From assembly GCA_945869735.1 (NCBI GenBank), contig CAMBPQ010000013.1, positions 155 through 64,154 on the forward strand: a DNA stretch of 64,000 bases, given 5' to 3'. Positions 24,335 to 34,010 of the stretch are shown one piece after another (position 1 is the first letter of the stretch; each line of letters begins with the position of its first letter). Origin of the DNA: Planctomicrobium piriforme (GTDB lineage Bacteria; Planctomycetota; Planctomycetia; Pirellulales; UBA1268). The notes under the pieces are model-generated. The model made no database searches. It was not told the DNA's origin and was given only the letters and a program-made list of their open reading frames with translations. Position numbers and translations under genes: made by a program.

Positions 24335-26605
24335 ATGGTTCTTCCCACGAGCCGTGCGGCCTTCGGCGCCCTCAGTCAATCGAGCCTCGAGAAAACCGCC
24401 TCGTGGTGTCGTCAGCACCGTCTCACGCTGGCGGGGGGCTGCGTTGCCGTGGTGGCCGCGGCGGTGCTGCTTCGGCCTGCTGCCCCGCCCGGCCGCCTCG
24501 ACCTCCATGCACTGCGGTCGCTGTCGGCCGAGAAGGCGGGCGAGATTGCCGGCTTCCCGGGCACCATCGACCTGCGGGGGCTCCCCACGCTCTCTGCGGA
24601 GGCGGCCAGGGCCGTCGCCGCCCACGCCGGACGTCTCCAGCTCGACGGGCTGGCGGAAATCTCCGATGCGGCGGCCGCGGCGCTCGTGGCCCATACGGCC
24701 CCGCTCTCAATCGACGGCCTCGTGCTCCGCGCCCGTGACGACGAAATAGTGTCCGTGCCGCTTGCGGCGCTGCTGTCGCGGCATGCTGGACCGCTGAGGT
24801 TCGACCGACTCGCTGAACTGAAGCCGGAGGCGGCGGCTGCATTTTCGGGGCATGCCGGGCCGCTTGTGCTCCCCGCCGTCAGCCGGCTGACACGGCTGGC
24901 GGAGGAGCGGCTCGCAGGGCACCCCGGTAGGCTCGTCCTCGAGGGGCTCGAGTCGATCCAGACCCTGGCGCTCATCGCGAAACTACGGGCCGACGGCAGG
25001 GATGACTTCGATGCGGTGACGTCGCTCTCTCCGGAGGCGTCTGAGGCCTTGGCCGCCTCCGACGGTGCGATCTCGATCGCGGCGATCGTCTTCCAGGCGG
25101 CCGCTGCGGCTGACATCGATCCCCCGCTCGCCCGGCTGCTCGCCCGGCACTCGGGCCCCGTCAGCCTGCCCGCGCTCGACGCGCTCTCCGAAACAGTTGC
25201 TGGCGAACTGGCCCGGCACACGGGCCCGCTCGCGTTCGATGGGCTCTTGAATCTCTCCGCTGCCGCCGCCCAAGCGCTCTCCGCGCATGTCGGGCCATTA
25301 CGTCTCAACGGTCTCGCCACACTCGATGGGCCCGCGGCGGCCGCGCTCGCCGCGCACCGCGGCCCCCTCCATCTTGATGGTCTCGAGACGATCGAGTCCG
25401 CCGAGCTGGTCAGAAAACTGTTGGCTGATGGACGGACCGACTTCAGCCGAGTGGTATCGATCTCCACGGCCGCCGCGGAGCGATTTGTGGACAATGCGGG
25501 GCCGCTCGATTTCTCGGGGCTGGCTGCGGTGAGCCCGGCGGTGCAGGAGGCTCTCGCCCGTCACCCCGGTCCGCTCGGGCTGGCGGGGCTGGCAGCCGCG
25601 GCCGCCGAGGCAACACGGCTCGACGAACTCGATGCCGCGATGCTTGCGAAGCACCGCGGACCTCTGCCACTGACGCGGCTGGTCGAACTCGAAAGCCCGG
25701 CGCTCGCAAAGAAACTCCTTGCGGACGGCCGCCCCGACTTGTTCACGCTCGAAAGGCTGTCGCCTGAAGTGGAGAAAGTCTTTGCCGACCATGCTGCGCC
25801 GCTTGATCTGAGCGGATTGCGGAGCATCGCGGCGCCCGAGTTAGCCGCGAAACTGCTGGCCGACGGTCGCACGAACTTTGACCCGGTCGAATCGCTCTCT
25901 GACGAGGCTGCCCGCGTGTTTGGAAAGCATGACGGAAGCCTCTCTCTCCGCGCGCTCGTCAGACGGGTGGCCGCGAGCCGCACGATCCCGTTACCATTGG
26001 CGGCGGCCGTCGCCCGTTCGAGCGGCCGGCTTCGGCTGCCGCTTCTGAACCAGCCCTCCGACGACGTCGCCGCGGCGCTCGCCACGCATGTCGGGCCGCT
26101 CGAACTCGACGCACTCGAGGAACTCACGCCCTCGCAGGCCGCCGCGCTGGCCGCCCACGCGGACGGGCCCCTTTCGCTCGACGGCGTTGCCCACTGCACG
26201 GCTGAGGCTGAAGAGGCGATCGCCGCCCATCCGGGACCCGTCTCGATGGCCGGTCTACGGGGGCTGACCACGGGGCGGCTGGCAGAGAAGCTGTGCACCG
26301 ACGGCCGCCGTGAGTTTGGCAAGCTCGTGGAACTTTCCCCGCAACCTGCGGCAGTGCTCGCCAGGCTTTCGGGCCCGCTCTTCCTGAACGAGCTCGGTTC
26401 GATCTCGGCCGAGACGGCCGCAGTCCTCGCGGTGCACGTGGGCGACCTCTCGCTCAACGGGCTCGAAACGCTCTCCATCGAGGCCGCGACCGCCCTGGCG
26501 GACCACCGCGGTGAACTCTCGCTCCGCGGCATCCGGCAGCCCGCGGGCGATCTGAAGGCTGCGCTCGACAAACACTCCGCACCGGTCTGGCTCGGCGACG
26601 ACTGA
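24335..26605 (+). CDS. Membrane-anchored leucine-rich repeat-like solenoid protein
   Basis: One N-terminal transmembrane helix, then many ~22-aa repeats H-x-G-P-L-x-L-D-G-L-x-x-L-S-x-E-A-A-x-A-L-A plus KLLADGRT inserts. Confidence 0.75.
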   Translation: MVLPTSRAAFGALSQSSLEKTASWCRQHRLTLAGGCVAVVAAAVLLRPAAPPGRLDLHALRSLSAEKAGEIAGFPGTIDLRGLPTLSAEAARAVAAHAGRLQLDGLAEISDAAAAALVAHTAPLSIDGLVLRARDDEIVSVPLAALLSRHAGPLRFDRLAELKPEAAAAFSGHAGPLVLPAVSRLTRLAEERLAGHPGRLVLEGLESIQTLALIAKLRADGRDDFDAVTSLSPEASEALAASDGAISIAAIVFQAAAAADIDPPLARLLARHSGPVSLPALDALSETVAGELARHTGPLAFDGLLNLSAAAAQALSAHVGPLRLNGLATLDGPAAAALAAHRGPLHLDGLETIESAELVRKLLADGRTDFSRVVSISTAAAERFVDNAGPLDFSGLAAVSPAVQEALARHPGPLGLAGLAAAAAEATRLDELDAAMLAKHRGPLPLTRLVELESPALAKKLLADGRPDLFTLERLSPEVEKVFADHAAPLDLSGLRSIAAPELAAKLLADGRTNFDPVESLSDEAARVFGKHDGSLSLRALVRRVAASRTIPLPLAAAVARSSGRLRLPLLNQPSDDVAAALATHVGPLELDALEELTPSQAAALAAHADGPLSLDGVAHCTAEAEEAIAAHPGPVSMAGLRGLTTGRLAEKLCTDGRREFGKLVELSPQPAAVLARLSGPLFLNELGSISAETAAVLAVHVGDLSLNGLETLSIEAATALADHRGELSLRGIRQPAGDLKAALDKHSAPVWLGDD

Positions 26606-26662
26606 AGAGCCAGAGCACATCTGAGAGCGCCGGAGCGCCGGCGGGTTTGACCACGCCTCGAC

Positions 26663-26765
26663 CGCATCTGAGTGTGGTGTATCGCCGGCTCGAGGGCGGC
26701 AAAAGCCTCGTCGTTCTGGGCCGCGGCGGCCCGGCGCTCCTCAAGCGTTCGCCGACTCTCTCACC
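26663..26765 (+). repeat. Dispersed repeat copy 3 (diverged, 3'-truncated)
   Basis: CGCATCTG...ATCGCCGGCTCGAGGGCGGCAAAAGCCTCGTCG...GCTCCTCAAGCGTTCGCCGAC. Confidence 0.7.
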
Positions 26766-26869
26766 TCGGCCCCTGGCTTGCGTCAAACCCCGTGACACGT
26801 GTGATGATGTCGATACACAAAACCCGGTCCCTCGTGACCCCTTGGACGTGAACCGGCGGAAATGACACG

Positions 26870-27048
26870 GTGGTAGCCACGCTCGCTGAATCGCTTGCCG
26901 CCGGGGCCGCCGGGCCGCGATCCACCGCCGGGCCGTGCTCGCGATCGCCGCTGCGACCGGCGCGAGTCTCAACACGGTGGCCAGCCGCTACCGCTACGCA
27001 CTGGAAAAACTTCGGACCGCGCCCGCTGGCCGGGAGGACGAGCCATGA
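26870..27048 (+). pseudogene. Internally deleted ECF sigma factor remnant
   Basis: Frame 26941-27048 reads AIAAATGASLNTVASRYRYALEKLR (region 4.2 helix-turn-helix); N-terminal-like ATLAESLAAG lies in another frame; stop overlaps the next ATG. Confidence 0.65.
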
Positions 27049-27485
27049 GCGAGCGCTATGACGCACGCCTTGACGACGTCGAGCGGCGGCTCGCCAACCG
27101 GGCCGCTCTCGCCGCCCCGCCCGGGCACCGCGACCGGGTGCTTGCCGCGGTGCGAGATACGCTCGCCGGGCGAATCTCACCGCCGGTCGCGCCCGCTGGC
27201 ATCGACTCGGGCGGCATGGCAGCGCTCGTCGCGAGAGCCCTCTCGGTTATGGTAGTGGCCGTCGTCCCCTGGCTCGTCGTCGCCCGGGCGGTCGCGCCTG
27301 TGCCAACGGAGCCCAGGATCGTGGCGCAGGCCCGGGCCGCCGGGGTCGACCTGCCGGCTGTGATCGCCGCGGCGACGAGCGGCCCGGCCCGGAAACCGTT
27401 TTCCCGTTCCCGCATAAGCGACCCGCTGAACGTCCGGCACCACGAAGCTTGGCACCTGCGAAACCTGCTCCAGGGAGAACTCTGA
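27045..27485 (+). CDS. Putative anti-sigma-like single-TM protein
   Basis: Coupled (ATGA) to the ECF remnant; DDVERRL...PPGHRDRVLAAV, then a transmembrane helix. Confidence 0.55.
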   Translation: MSERYDARLDDVERRLANRAALAAPPGHRDRVLAAVRDTLAGRISPPVAPAGIDSGGMAALVARALSVMVVAVVPWLVVARAVAPVPTEPRIVAQARAAGVDLPAVIAAATSGPARKPFSRSRISDPLNVRHHEAWHLRNLLQGEL

Positions 27486-27486
27486 C

Positions 27487-29115
27487 ATGGGCCACCTCTT
27501 CTTCTATCTCGCCGTCATCGCCGCCTGCCTGCTCTGGTCGGCAGCGTTCACGGCCGCGGCGGCCCGCACCCGTCCGGGTTGGATCCGGTGGATCCTGATT
27601 GCAGTGGCCGTCACCGTGCCCGTTCTCGCGGCCGCGCCGTGGGTGCTCGTGACGGCGAGGCTGGCCTTCGGGGCGAGGCTCGAGACCAACTGGTTTGCCC
27701 CCACGCTCACGGCGGCGATCGCCGCGGCCATCGGCGGCGTGTGGATCAGCCGCGCGGGGCTCGCTCCACGGGCCGCCCCTGCTGCCGCGGCCTGGCCGCT
27801 GGTGGGCCTGGCGGCGATGTGCGTGCTGGCCAATGCCGTGGCGGCGGGCACGCTGCTCTTGATCGACAACGCCGTCATGGCCGAGGTGCGGGCGGCCCGG
27901 ACGGAAGCGGTAGCGGTGATGCAGTCGGTCGTGCCGCCGGTGCTGCCGGCCGACGAGGATGCGGCCCCGCTCTACCGGCAAGCGTTCGAACGGATCGAGA
28001 TCGACAAGGGGCTCACCGCCGAGCAGTCGCCGCTCAAAGCGGCCGCTGCGGCCGATGTCAGCACCGACGAGGTGACCGCGCTCCTCGCCCGCCATGCGAC
28101 AACGCTTGATCTCCTTCGGCGGGCCGCCGCCAAGCCCGGCTGCCGGTTCGCCCGCGACTGGGCGCGGCCATCAATGGGCATGCTCCTGCCAGAGCTGGCT
28201 TCGATGCGGCACGCCGCCCGGCTCTTGGCCCTGGCGGCCCGGCGGGAAGCGACCAGCGGCGACGTGTCCGCGGCTTTGGCCGACGTCGTGCGGCTGCATC
28301 GGATGGCCATCCACGTGGCCGCGGAACCGATCCTCATCTCCGGCCTGGTGGAAACGGCGGTCGACTCGATCGCGCTGGAAACCCTCGCCGTGATCCTTCC
28401 CCTGATCACCGCCAAGGATGCCGCGGCGCTCGCCGACCCGGCGCTCGGTGACTTTGTCCGCTCGCAGCCCTCGTTTGAGCGGCACGCTCTCGGCGAGGAG
28501 GCTTTCGGACTGGCGACATTCGCAGACCTGGCCGAGGCGAAGGTACGACTGCACGACCTCGGGATGAGTCCCGATCCTGTTGGCTTTGCCATCTCCGTCG
28601 CCAGCATTCTCTATCGGTGCTTCCTCCTACCGTCCGATCTCGCGGCCTACACGGGGGCCATGAGTCGATGGCGAGCGCAGGCCGCGCGGCCCGCGATGCC
28701 GGACGAGCGCTCTGCCGAGGTCGCCCGCCGGCCGGCGCCGATCGGAAGTGAACTGACGACGAACCGCCAGGGACTGCTCACAAGCCTCCTCACCCCCGCC
28801 CTCGGCGCCATCCTCAAGACGCAGGCCAAGTCCCTGGCAAAACACCGCGCCGCCGAGGTGCTGCTCGCGGCCACGAGGGCCCGGCTGAAGTCGGGCGAAC
28901 AGCCCGGGTCGGCCGAGTCGCTCGTGCCTGAGTGGCTGCTCGCAGTGCCTGCCGACCCGTTTCGAGACGAGGGCTCGCTCACCGTGAAGACGAGTGCCGA
29001 CGGCTGGCTTGTCTACTCGGTCGGCCCCGATGGCGAAGACGACGGCGGGCCGGGGCCGGCCGGGGCCGCAGCGGTCGAGGGCAATGACGACGTCGGCCTG
29101 CGGCTGGCGCGGTGA
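27487..29115 (+). CDS. Membrane protein with large helical extracytoplasmic domain and pseudopilin-G-like C-terminus
   Basis: Four N-terminal transmembrane helices; DAAPLYRQAF; C-terminal VPADPF...YSVGPDGEDDGG. Confidence 0.7.
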   Translation: MGHLFFYLAVIAACLLWSAAFTAAAARTRPGWIRWILIAVAVTVPVLAAAPWVLVTARLAFGARLETNWFAPTLTAAIAAAIGGVWISRAGLAPRAAPAAAAWPLVGLAAMCVLANAVAAGTLLLIDNAVMAEVRAARTEAVAVMQSVVPPVLPADEDAAPLYRQAFERIEIDKGLTAEQSPLKAAAAADVSTDEVTALLARHATTLDLLRRAAAKPGCRFARDWARPSMGMLLPELASMRHAARLLALAARREATSGDVSAALADVVRLHRMAIHVAAEPILISGLVETAVDSIALETLAVILPLITAKDAAALADPALGDFVRSQPSFERHALGEEAFGLATFADLAEAKVRLHDLGMSPDPVGFAISVASILYRCFLLPSDLAAYTGAMSRWRAQAARPAMPDERSAEVARRPAPIGSELTTNRQGLLTSLLTPALGAILKTQAKSLAKHRAAEVLLAATRARLKSGEQPGSAESLVPEWLLAVPADPFRDEGSLTVKTSADGWLVYSVGPDGEDDGGPGPAGAAAVEGNDDVGLRLAR

Positions 29116-29214
29116 ACAGAAACTCCTCGTAGCGGCGGGACCGCGCGGGGCTGCCAAACAACGGCGCGGCCGCTGAACAAAGTGCCGTTGACCGGGCGAT
29201 CCTCGATCAGCCGG

Positions 29215-31092
29215 TCACAGCGAGGTGACGTTTCGCGAAAACTTGATGTAGGGCAGACGGATGCCGCGGAAGATGTACTGATCGGCCCGCTTGGCTTCGG
29301 GCGCCGCATACCCCACCGCTCCGTAGAACGCGCCGACATCGTCCTGATCGACGCCATCGCCGCTGGAGCCGTATCCGCCGGCGAGTTGACCGTTCTTGTA
29401 GAGGGCCGAGCTTCCCGGGAAGAAGATCGTGCCGTTTTGATTTTCCTTCGGCATCACGCTGAACGGTGCGCGGAAGTTGCGACCCGGATTGAACGAATCG
29501 AAGCCGAGTACCGTTTGAAACGATGACGCCGCCTTTGGCGGGCCGATGTTGAGCCCGGTCTTCGGGTCGATGCCCGGTTCGTTCAGGATCGACCAGATCC
29601 CGGGCGCCGCATTGTCGTTCCCCGAGGGATATCGGGGCACGGCAAGGTAGCGGAACGTGCGGGTCGTAAACGCAGTGCCGAGCGGAATCCCGGGCAGTTG
29701 GTCCTGCGGCTGGAGGTCAGGCGACGCGTAGTAGACGGAGTTCCTGGCCTTCGCAGGGGTGACATCGAGCGCGTCGCAGAGCGCGTCGGGCATCCGATAG
29801 AGGCCGAGGATGTCGCCGTTGAAGTCTGCGACCACGAAGATCAATCGTGAGTATGTCGTCGGAACGCGGATCTGGGCCCGCGTGACGAGTGCCTGTGCGA
29901 TGCCCTGGTTGATGATCGTCGTGACGTCGGCGGCCGAGAGAACGGATCCATTGGTCGCTGGCACAATCCAGCCGTCGGCCTGGGCCATACCGTTGAGAAG
30001 TGTCACGCCGCCTGCGGCGACCGGCTGGTTGGTGCCGTTGACGCTGCCCGGGCCGAGTACCTTCATGAGATTGAAGAGCGTCTGCACGCCGAGGGGCCCT
30101 GCCTTCGGACCAAAACTCTGCAGCGCGATGCCGCCGAGATTAATTCGCGCTGCGGCGTTGATCTTGTTGATCTGCGTTTGGAGCGGCTGCTTGGGGGAGA
30201 TCTTCGCGAGGTTGATGATGCCTTGCGGCGCCCCGGTAATGGCGGGTCGCGGTACGCCACCGATCGGAGTCGGCACGAACAGTGTCTCGAAGACAATCAG
30301 TTCGGATTCGATGGCCAGCGGTGCATTGACCCGCTGCTCACGGGTCTGTGAAGCGACTGGCTGAAACGATTGCTCGAATGAGGCGTATCCGAACGGACCG
30401 GGGAAAAATGCGCCGATCCCGGCGATCAGTTCGCTGGTGCCGGCACGGTAGACGGGCAGCCCGCCGGGCATCGTGCCGATACCCCGGGACGTCTCATCGG
30501 GGTTGGTTCCCACCTGCTGTCCGTAGGACTTGCGATTGGCGACCAACTGCCCGTTGACGACGGTGCTGACCCGATTCGAGTGCTCGATCGCGAAGAGATC
30601 GACCAGCGGCTGGTTGATGATGCCGGGCGGGAACTGGCCGCCGACTCCCACGGGTGCGACAAAGCCCGGACCCCGGATCGTTTCATCCAGGCTCGTGGGA
30701 TTGGCCTCCACTTCCCGCTGCGTGATCGTCGACTGACTGAGGTAGCCGACCGTCCGCGACGTGAGGATGCCCTGGCCGCTGGAGAAAAATACGGCGCTCC
30801 GCGCCTTGGCAATCGCCCCGTTGATCGCGAAGTTCAAGTCGTTGGTGACGACGTTCGCCTCGGTCCGCACTCCGAGGATCTGCCCGGAGCGATCCACCAC
30901 CGCGAAGATTGCGCTGGTGCTGGGGGTTGCCGCTGCCGCTCGGTCGAGCAGTGCACCGACCTCCAAGGCCGTGAGTTGGCCCGCAGTCATCATGCTCCGC
31001 TGTTCGAGGGGCTCGGCCGAGAGGCAGTCGGGGGCCGCAGCACGCCGGCGCGGCTTGCCACGCCACCATGTTGTGAAAATCTTGCCAATCAC
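29215..31092 (-). CDS. Tandem GlcG/HbpS-type heme-binding protein with planctomycete-type export motif
   Basis: AEPLEQRSMM motif; two GlcG-like halves (IFAVVDRSGQIL...AIAKARSAVFF...GGLPVY; IFVVADFNGDIL...AKARNSVYY...GSSGDGVDQDD); start is GTG 31092 or ATG 31158. Confidence 0.75.
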   Translation of the reverse strand: MIGKIFTTWWRGKPRRRAAAPDCLSAEPLEQRSMMTAGQLTALEVGALLDRAAAATPSTSAIFAVVDRSGQILGVRTEANVVTNDLNFAINGAIAKARSAVFFSSGQGILTSRTVGYLSQSTITQREVEANPTSLDETIRGPGFVAPVGVGGQFPPGIINQPLVDLFAIEHSNRVSTVVNGQLVANRKSYGQQVGTNPDETSRGIGTMPGGLPVYRAGTSELIAGIGAFFPGPFGYASFEQSFQPVASQTREQRVNAPLAIESELIVFETLFVPTPIGGVPRPAITGAPQGIINLAKISPKQPLQTQINKINAAARINLGGIALQSFGPKAGPLGVQTLFNLMKVLGPGSVNGTNQPVAAGGVTLLNGMAQADGWIVPATNGSVLSAADVTTIINQGIAQALVTRAQIRVPTTYSRLIFVVADFNGDILGLYRMPDALCDALDVTPAKARNSVYYASPDLQPQDQLPGIPLGTAFTTRTFRYLAVPRYPSGNDNAAPGIWSILNEPGIDPKTGLNIGPPKAASSFQTVLGFDSFNPGRNFRAPFSVMPKENQNGTIFFPGSSALYKNGQLAGGYGSSGDGVDQDDVGAFYGAVGYAAPEAKRADQYIFRGIRLPYIKFSRNVTSL

Positions 31093-31231
31093 GCCGGCGG
31101 CACTCCAAGAACCTGCCCCGATCGATCCACCATCTGCCACAATAGATTCAATTATCATCGACCGCCAGCGTCCGGTTTCATGGATGCGTTCGGGCTGGTG
31201 CCTCTGAGAAAATGCCCCGCAGGGAGAAACT

Positions 31232-33979
31232 GTGTCAGAACTGGCGAACCGCATGGCCGCACAAATGCCGCAATCCGCACCAGATCCCGAGTCGCGTCGG
31301 ATCCGCGAGTGTTCCGATGATTCCACCGGCTGGCGGAGATGGGGCCCCTACCTGTCGGACAGGTCGTGGGGTACGGTCCGGGAGGACTACTCTCCCGATG
31401 GCGATGCCTGGGCATATCTCACCTACGACCGGTCCCGCGGAAAGTCCTACCGCTGGGGTGAGGATGGTATCGCCGGCATCTGCGACAGGTATCAACGCCT
31501 TTGTTTCGCGCCGGCCTTCTGGAATGAAAGTGATACGCACCTCAAGGAGCGATTGTTCGGGCTGACGCCTGCCGAGGGAAATCACGGCGAGGACGTGAAG
31601 GAGTATTTCTTTCATGTCGACAATACACCGACCCACTCCTTCATGGCGCTCCGCTACCGCTATCCGCAGGCGGCCTTCCCGTATGCGGAGCTGATCGCGG
31701 AAAACGGCCGCCGCCGCGGCCGGGGCCCCGAGTACGAACTGATCGACACCGGGATCTTTGAGAACGACCGTTTTTTCGACATCCTGATCGAATATGCGAA
31801 GCGGTCTCACGACGAGATCGCCATCCGCATCACGGTTGAAAACCGAGGACCCGAGGCCGCACCGCTGCACGTGCTGCCGACGCTCTGGTTTCGCAACACA
31901 TGGAGTTGGGGGCAGGAGCGGCAGCCGCAGCCGGTAATCCGCTGTGATAAGGGCCCCCCGGGCACCGTCTGCCTCCTCGCTGACGACGGTCTGCTGCGTG
32001 CCGACCCCCAGATTCCGACAGCCTCTCGACTTGGGCGGCGCTGGCTCATCGCCGGCCATGCCGCTGGAGCAGGGCCGCTGTTCACCGACAACGAGACCAA
32101 CGGTCCGGCGGTGTTTGGGGAGGGGCATGCGAGCCTGTCGCCGCATACCAAAGACGCCTTTCATCGCTTGCTCTGCGACCACGACGAGACCGCCTGCAAT
32201 CCTGATCGAACCGGCACGAAGGCGGCCATCGACTACCGCCTGGTGGTGCCGGCAGGGGGGGCCGCCGCGGTGCATCTGCTTTTCACTGATCGGCCGCCCT
32301 TGGAGGCGCTGCCTCCCGACCGGCCCGGGCTGGCGGCGACGGTCGACGCGGCCATCGACCTGCGACGTGGGGAGGCGGATCAGTTCTATGCAGCGCTCGC
32401 TCAGCCGGAGGCGACCGCCGACGAGCGGCACGTCCAGCGGTCGGCGCTTGCCGGGCTGCTCTGGTCAAAGCAGAACTACATCTTCGATGTCGCCAAGTGG
32501 CTCGATGGCGACAATCCCGAGTGCCCGCCGCCTGCCGGTCGCCGCACCATCCGCAACCACCACTGGCGGCATCTCAATTCCCAGCGGGTGCTTTCCATGC
32601 CCGACACGTGGGAGTATCCCTGGTTCGCCGCCTGGGATCTGGCGTTTCACTGCATTCCCTTTGCGCTCATCGATCCGCAGTTCGCCAAGGACCAGCTCTG
32701 GGTGCTCCTCTTCGAGCAGTTCCAGCACCCCAGCGGCCAGTTGCCTGCCTACGAATGGGAGTTTGGCGACCTCAATCCGCCGGTGCATGCCTGGGCCGTC
32801 TGGCGGGTCTACAACATGGAGAAGCGGCAGCATGGCTCAAGCGACCGGCAGTGGCTCGAACGTTGCTTCCACAAGCTGCTGCTTGTCTTCACCAGCTGGG
32901 TCAACAAGGTCGATCGCGAGGGACACAATGTCTTCGAGGGCGGGTTTCTCGGGCTCGACAACATCAGTGTGTTCGACCGGAGCGATCGACTCCCGGACGG
33001 TTCCACGCTCGAACAGGCCGACGCGACCGGCTGGATGGGAATGTTCTGCCTCAACATGATGCGGATCGCGCTGGAACTGGCCCACGACAATCCCGTCTAC
33101 GAGTCACTCGCCTCGAAGTTTCTCCAGCACTACGTCCACATCGCTCATGCCATGAAAAACATGGGCGACAGAGACTATGCGCTGTTTGACGAGGCCGACG
33201 GCTTTTTCTACGACGTGCTTAAGCGGCCGGACGGCGGCATCCGCAAGTTCCATGTCCGCTCGCTGGTGGGCCTGATTCCGCTGTTCGCGGTGGAACGCCT
33301 CGAAGCGGCGTGGATCGAGCCGTTTAAGGAGTTCTCTGGCAACCTGCGATGGTTTCTCAAAAACCGCCGCGACCTCGCTGCCGACGTGATCCACGAGATT
33401 CCCGCGGCCGATGGCTCGACGACGCACCTGTTGACAATCATGAATATTGAGCAGCTCTCGCGGATGCTCACGCGGCTGCACGATCCAGAGGAGTTTCTCT
33501 CCCCCTTCGGCATCCGCTCACTCTCGAAGCGGCACCAGGACGAGCCGTTCGACTTCGATGGCCGGCGGGTGGGATACGAGCCGGCGGAGTCGGAGACGAA
33601 GCTCAAGGGGGGCAACTCCAACTGGCGGGGGCCGATCTGGTTTCCGACGACATTCCTGATCATCGAGTCGCTCCGCAAGCTCGGCACGGCCTTCGGTCCG
33701 GGGTTCACGGTGCGCACGGCGGGTGCGGGGGGCCGTCCGATTGCGCTGCGCGCGATGGCCAGCGACATCGCGCGACGTCTCACCTCGATCTATCTGAAGG
33801 ATGGCCGGGGCCACCGTCCGGCCTGGGGTGAGACGGAAATGTTTAACGGCAATCCGCTGTGGGGGGATAACCTGCTCTTTTTCGAGTATTTTCATGGCGA
33901 TACCGGTGCCGGGCTCGGTGCCAGCCACCAGACCGGCTGGACAGCCCTGATCGCCAATCTCATCGACGAATGGAGTTGA
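31232..33979 (+). CDS. GH63-like (MGH1/mannosylglycerate hydrolase-like) glucosidase
   Basis: [66 protein letters not shown]. Confidence 0.88.
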   Translation: MSELANRMAAQMPQSAPDPESRRIRECSDDSTGWRRWGPYLSDRSWGTVREDYSPDGDAWAYLTYDRSRGKSYRWGEDGIAGICDRYQRLCFAPAFWNESDTHLKERLFGLTPAEGNHGEDVKEYFFHVDNTPTHSFMALRYRYPQAAFPYAELIAENGRRRGRGPEYELIDTGIFENDRFFDILIEYAKRSHDEIAIRITVENRGPEAAPLHVLPTLWFRNTWSWGQERQPQPVIRCDKGPPGTVCLLADDGLLRADPQIPTASRLGRRWLIAGHAAGAGPLFTDNETNGPAVFGEGHASLSPHTKDAFHRLLCDHDETACNPDRTGTKAAIDYRLVVPAGGAAAVHLLFTDRPPLEALPPDRPGLAATVDAAIDLRRGEADQFYAALAQPEATADERHVQRSALAGLLWSKQNYIFDVAKWLDGDNPECPPPAGRRTIRNHHWRHLNSQRVLSMPDTWEYPWFAAWDLAFHCIPFALIDPQFAKDQLWVLLFEQFQHPSGQLPAYEWEFGDLNPPVHAWAVWRVYNMEKRQHGSSDRQWLERCFHKLLLVFTSWVNKVDREGHNVFEGGFLGLDNISVFDRSDRLPDGSTLEQADATGWMGMFCLNMMRIALELAHDNPVYESLASKFLQHYVHIAHAMKNMGDRDYALFDEADGFFYDVLKRPDGGIRKFHVRSLVGLIPLFAVERLEAAWIEPFKEFSGNLRWFLKNRRDLAADVIHEIPAADGSTTHLLTIMNIEQLSRMLTRLHDPEEFLSPFGIRSLSKRHQDEPFDFDGRRVGYEPAESETKLKGGNSNWRGPIWFPTTFLIIESLRKLGTAFGPGFTVRTAGAGGRPIALRAMASDIARRLTSIYLKDGRGHRPAWGETEMFNGNPLWGDNLLFFEYFHGDTGAGLGASHQTGWTALIANLIDEWS

Positions 33980-34010
33980 GTCTCGCACCACGGAGGCGTA
34001 CCGTAGGACC

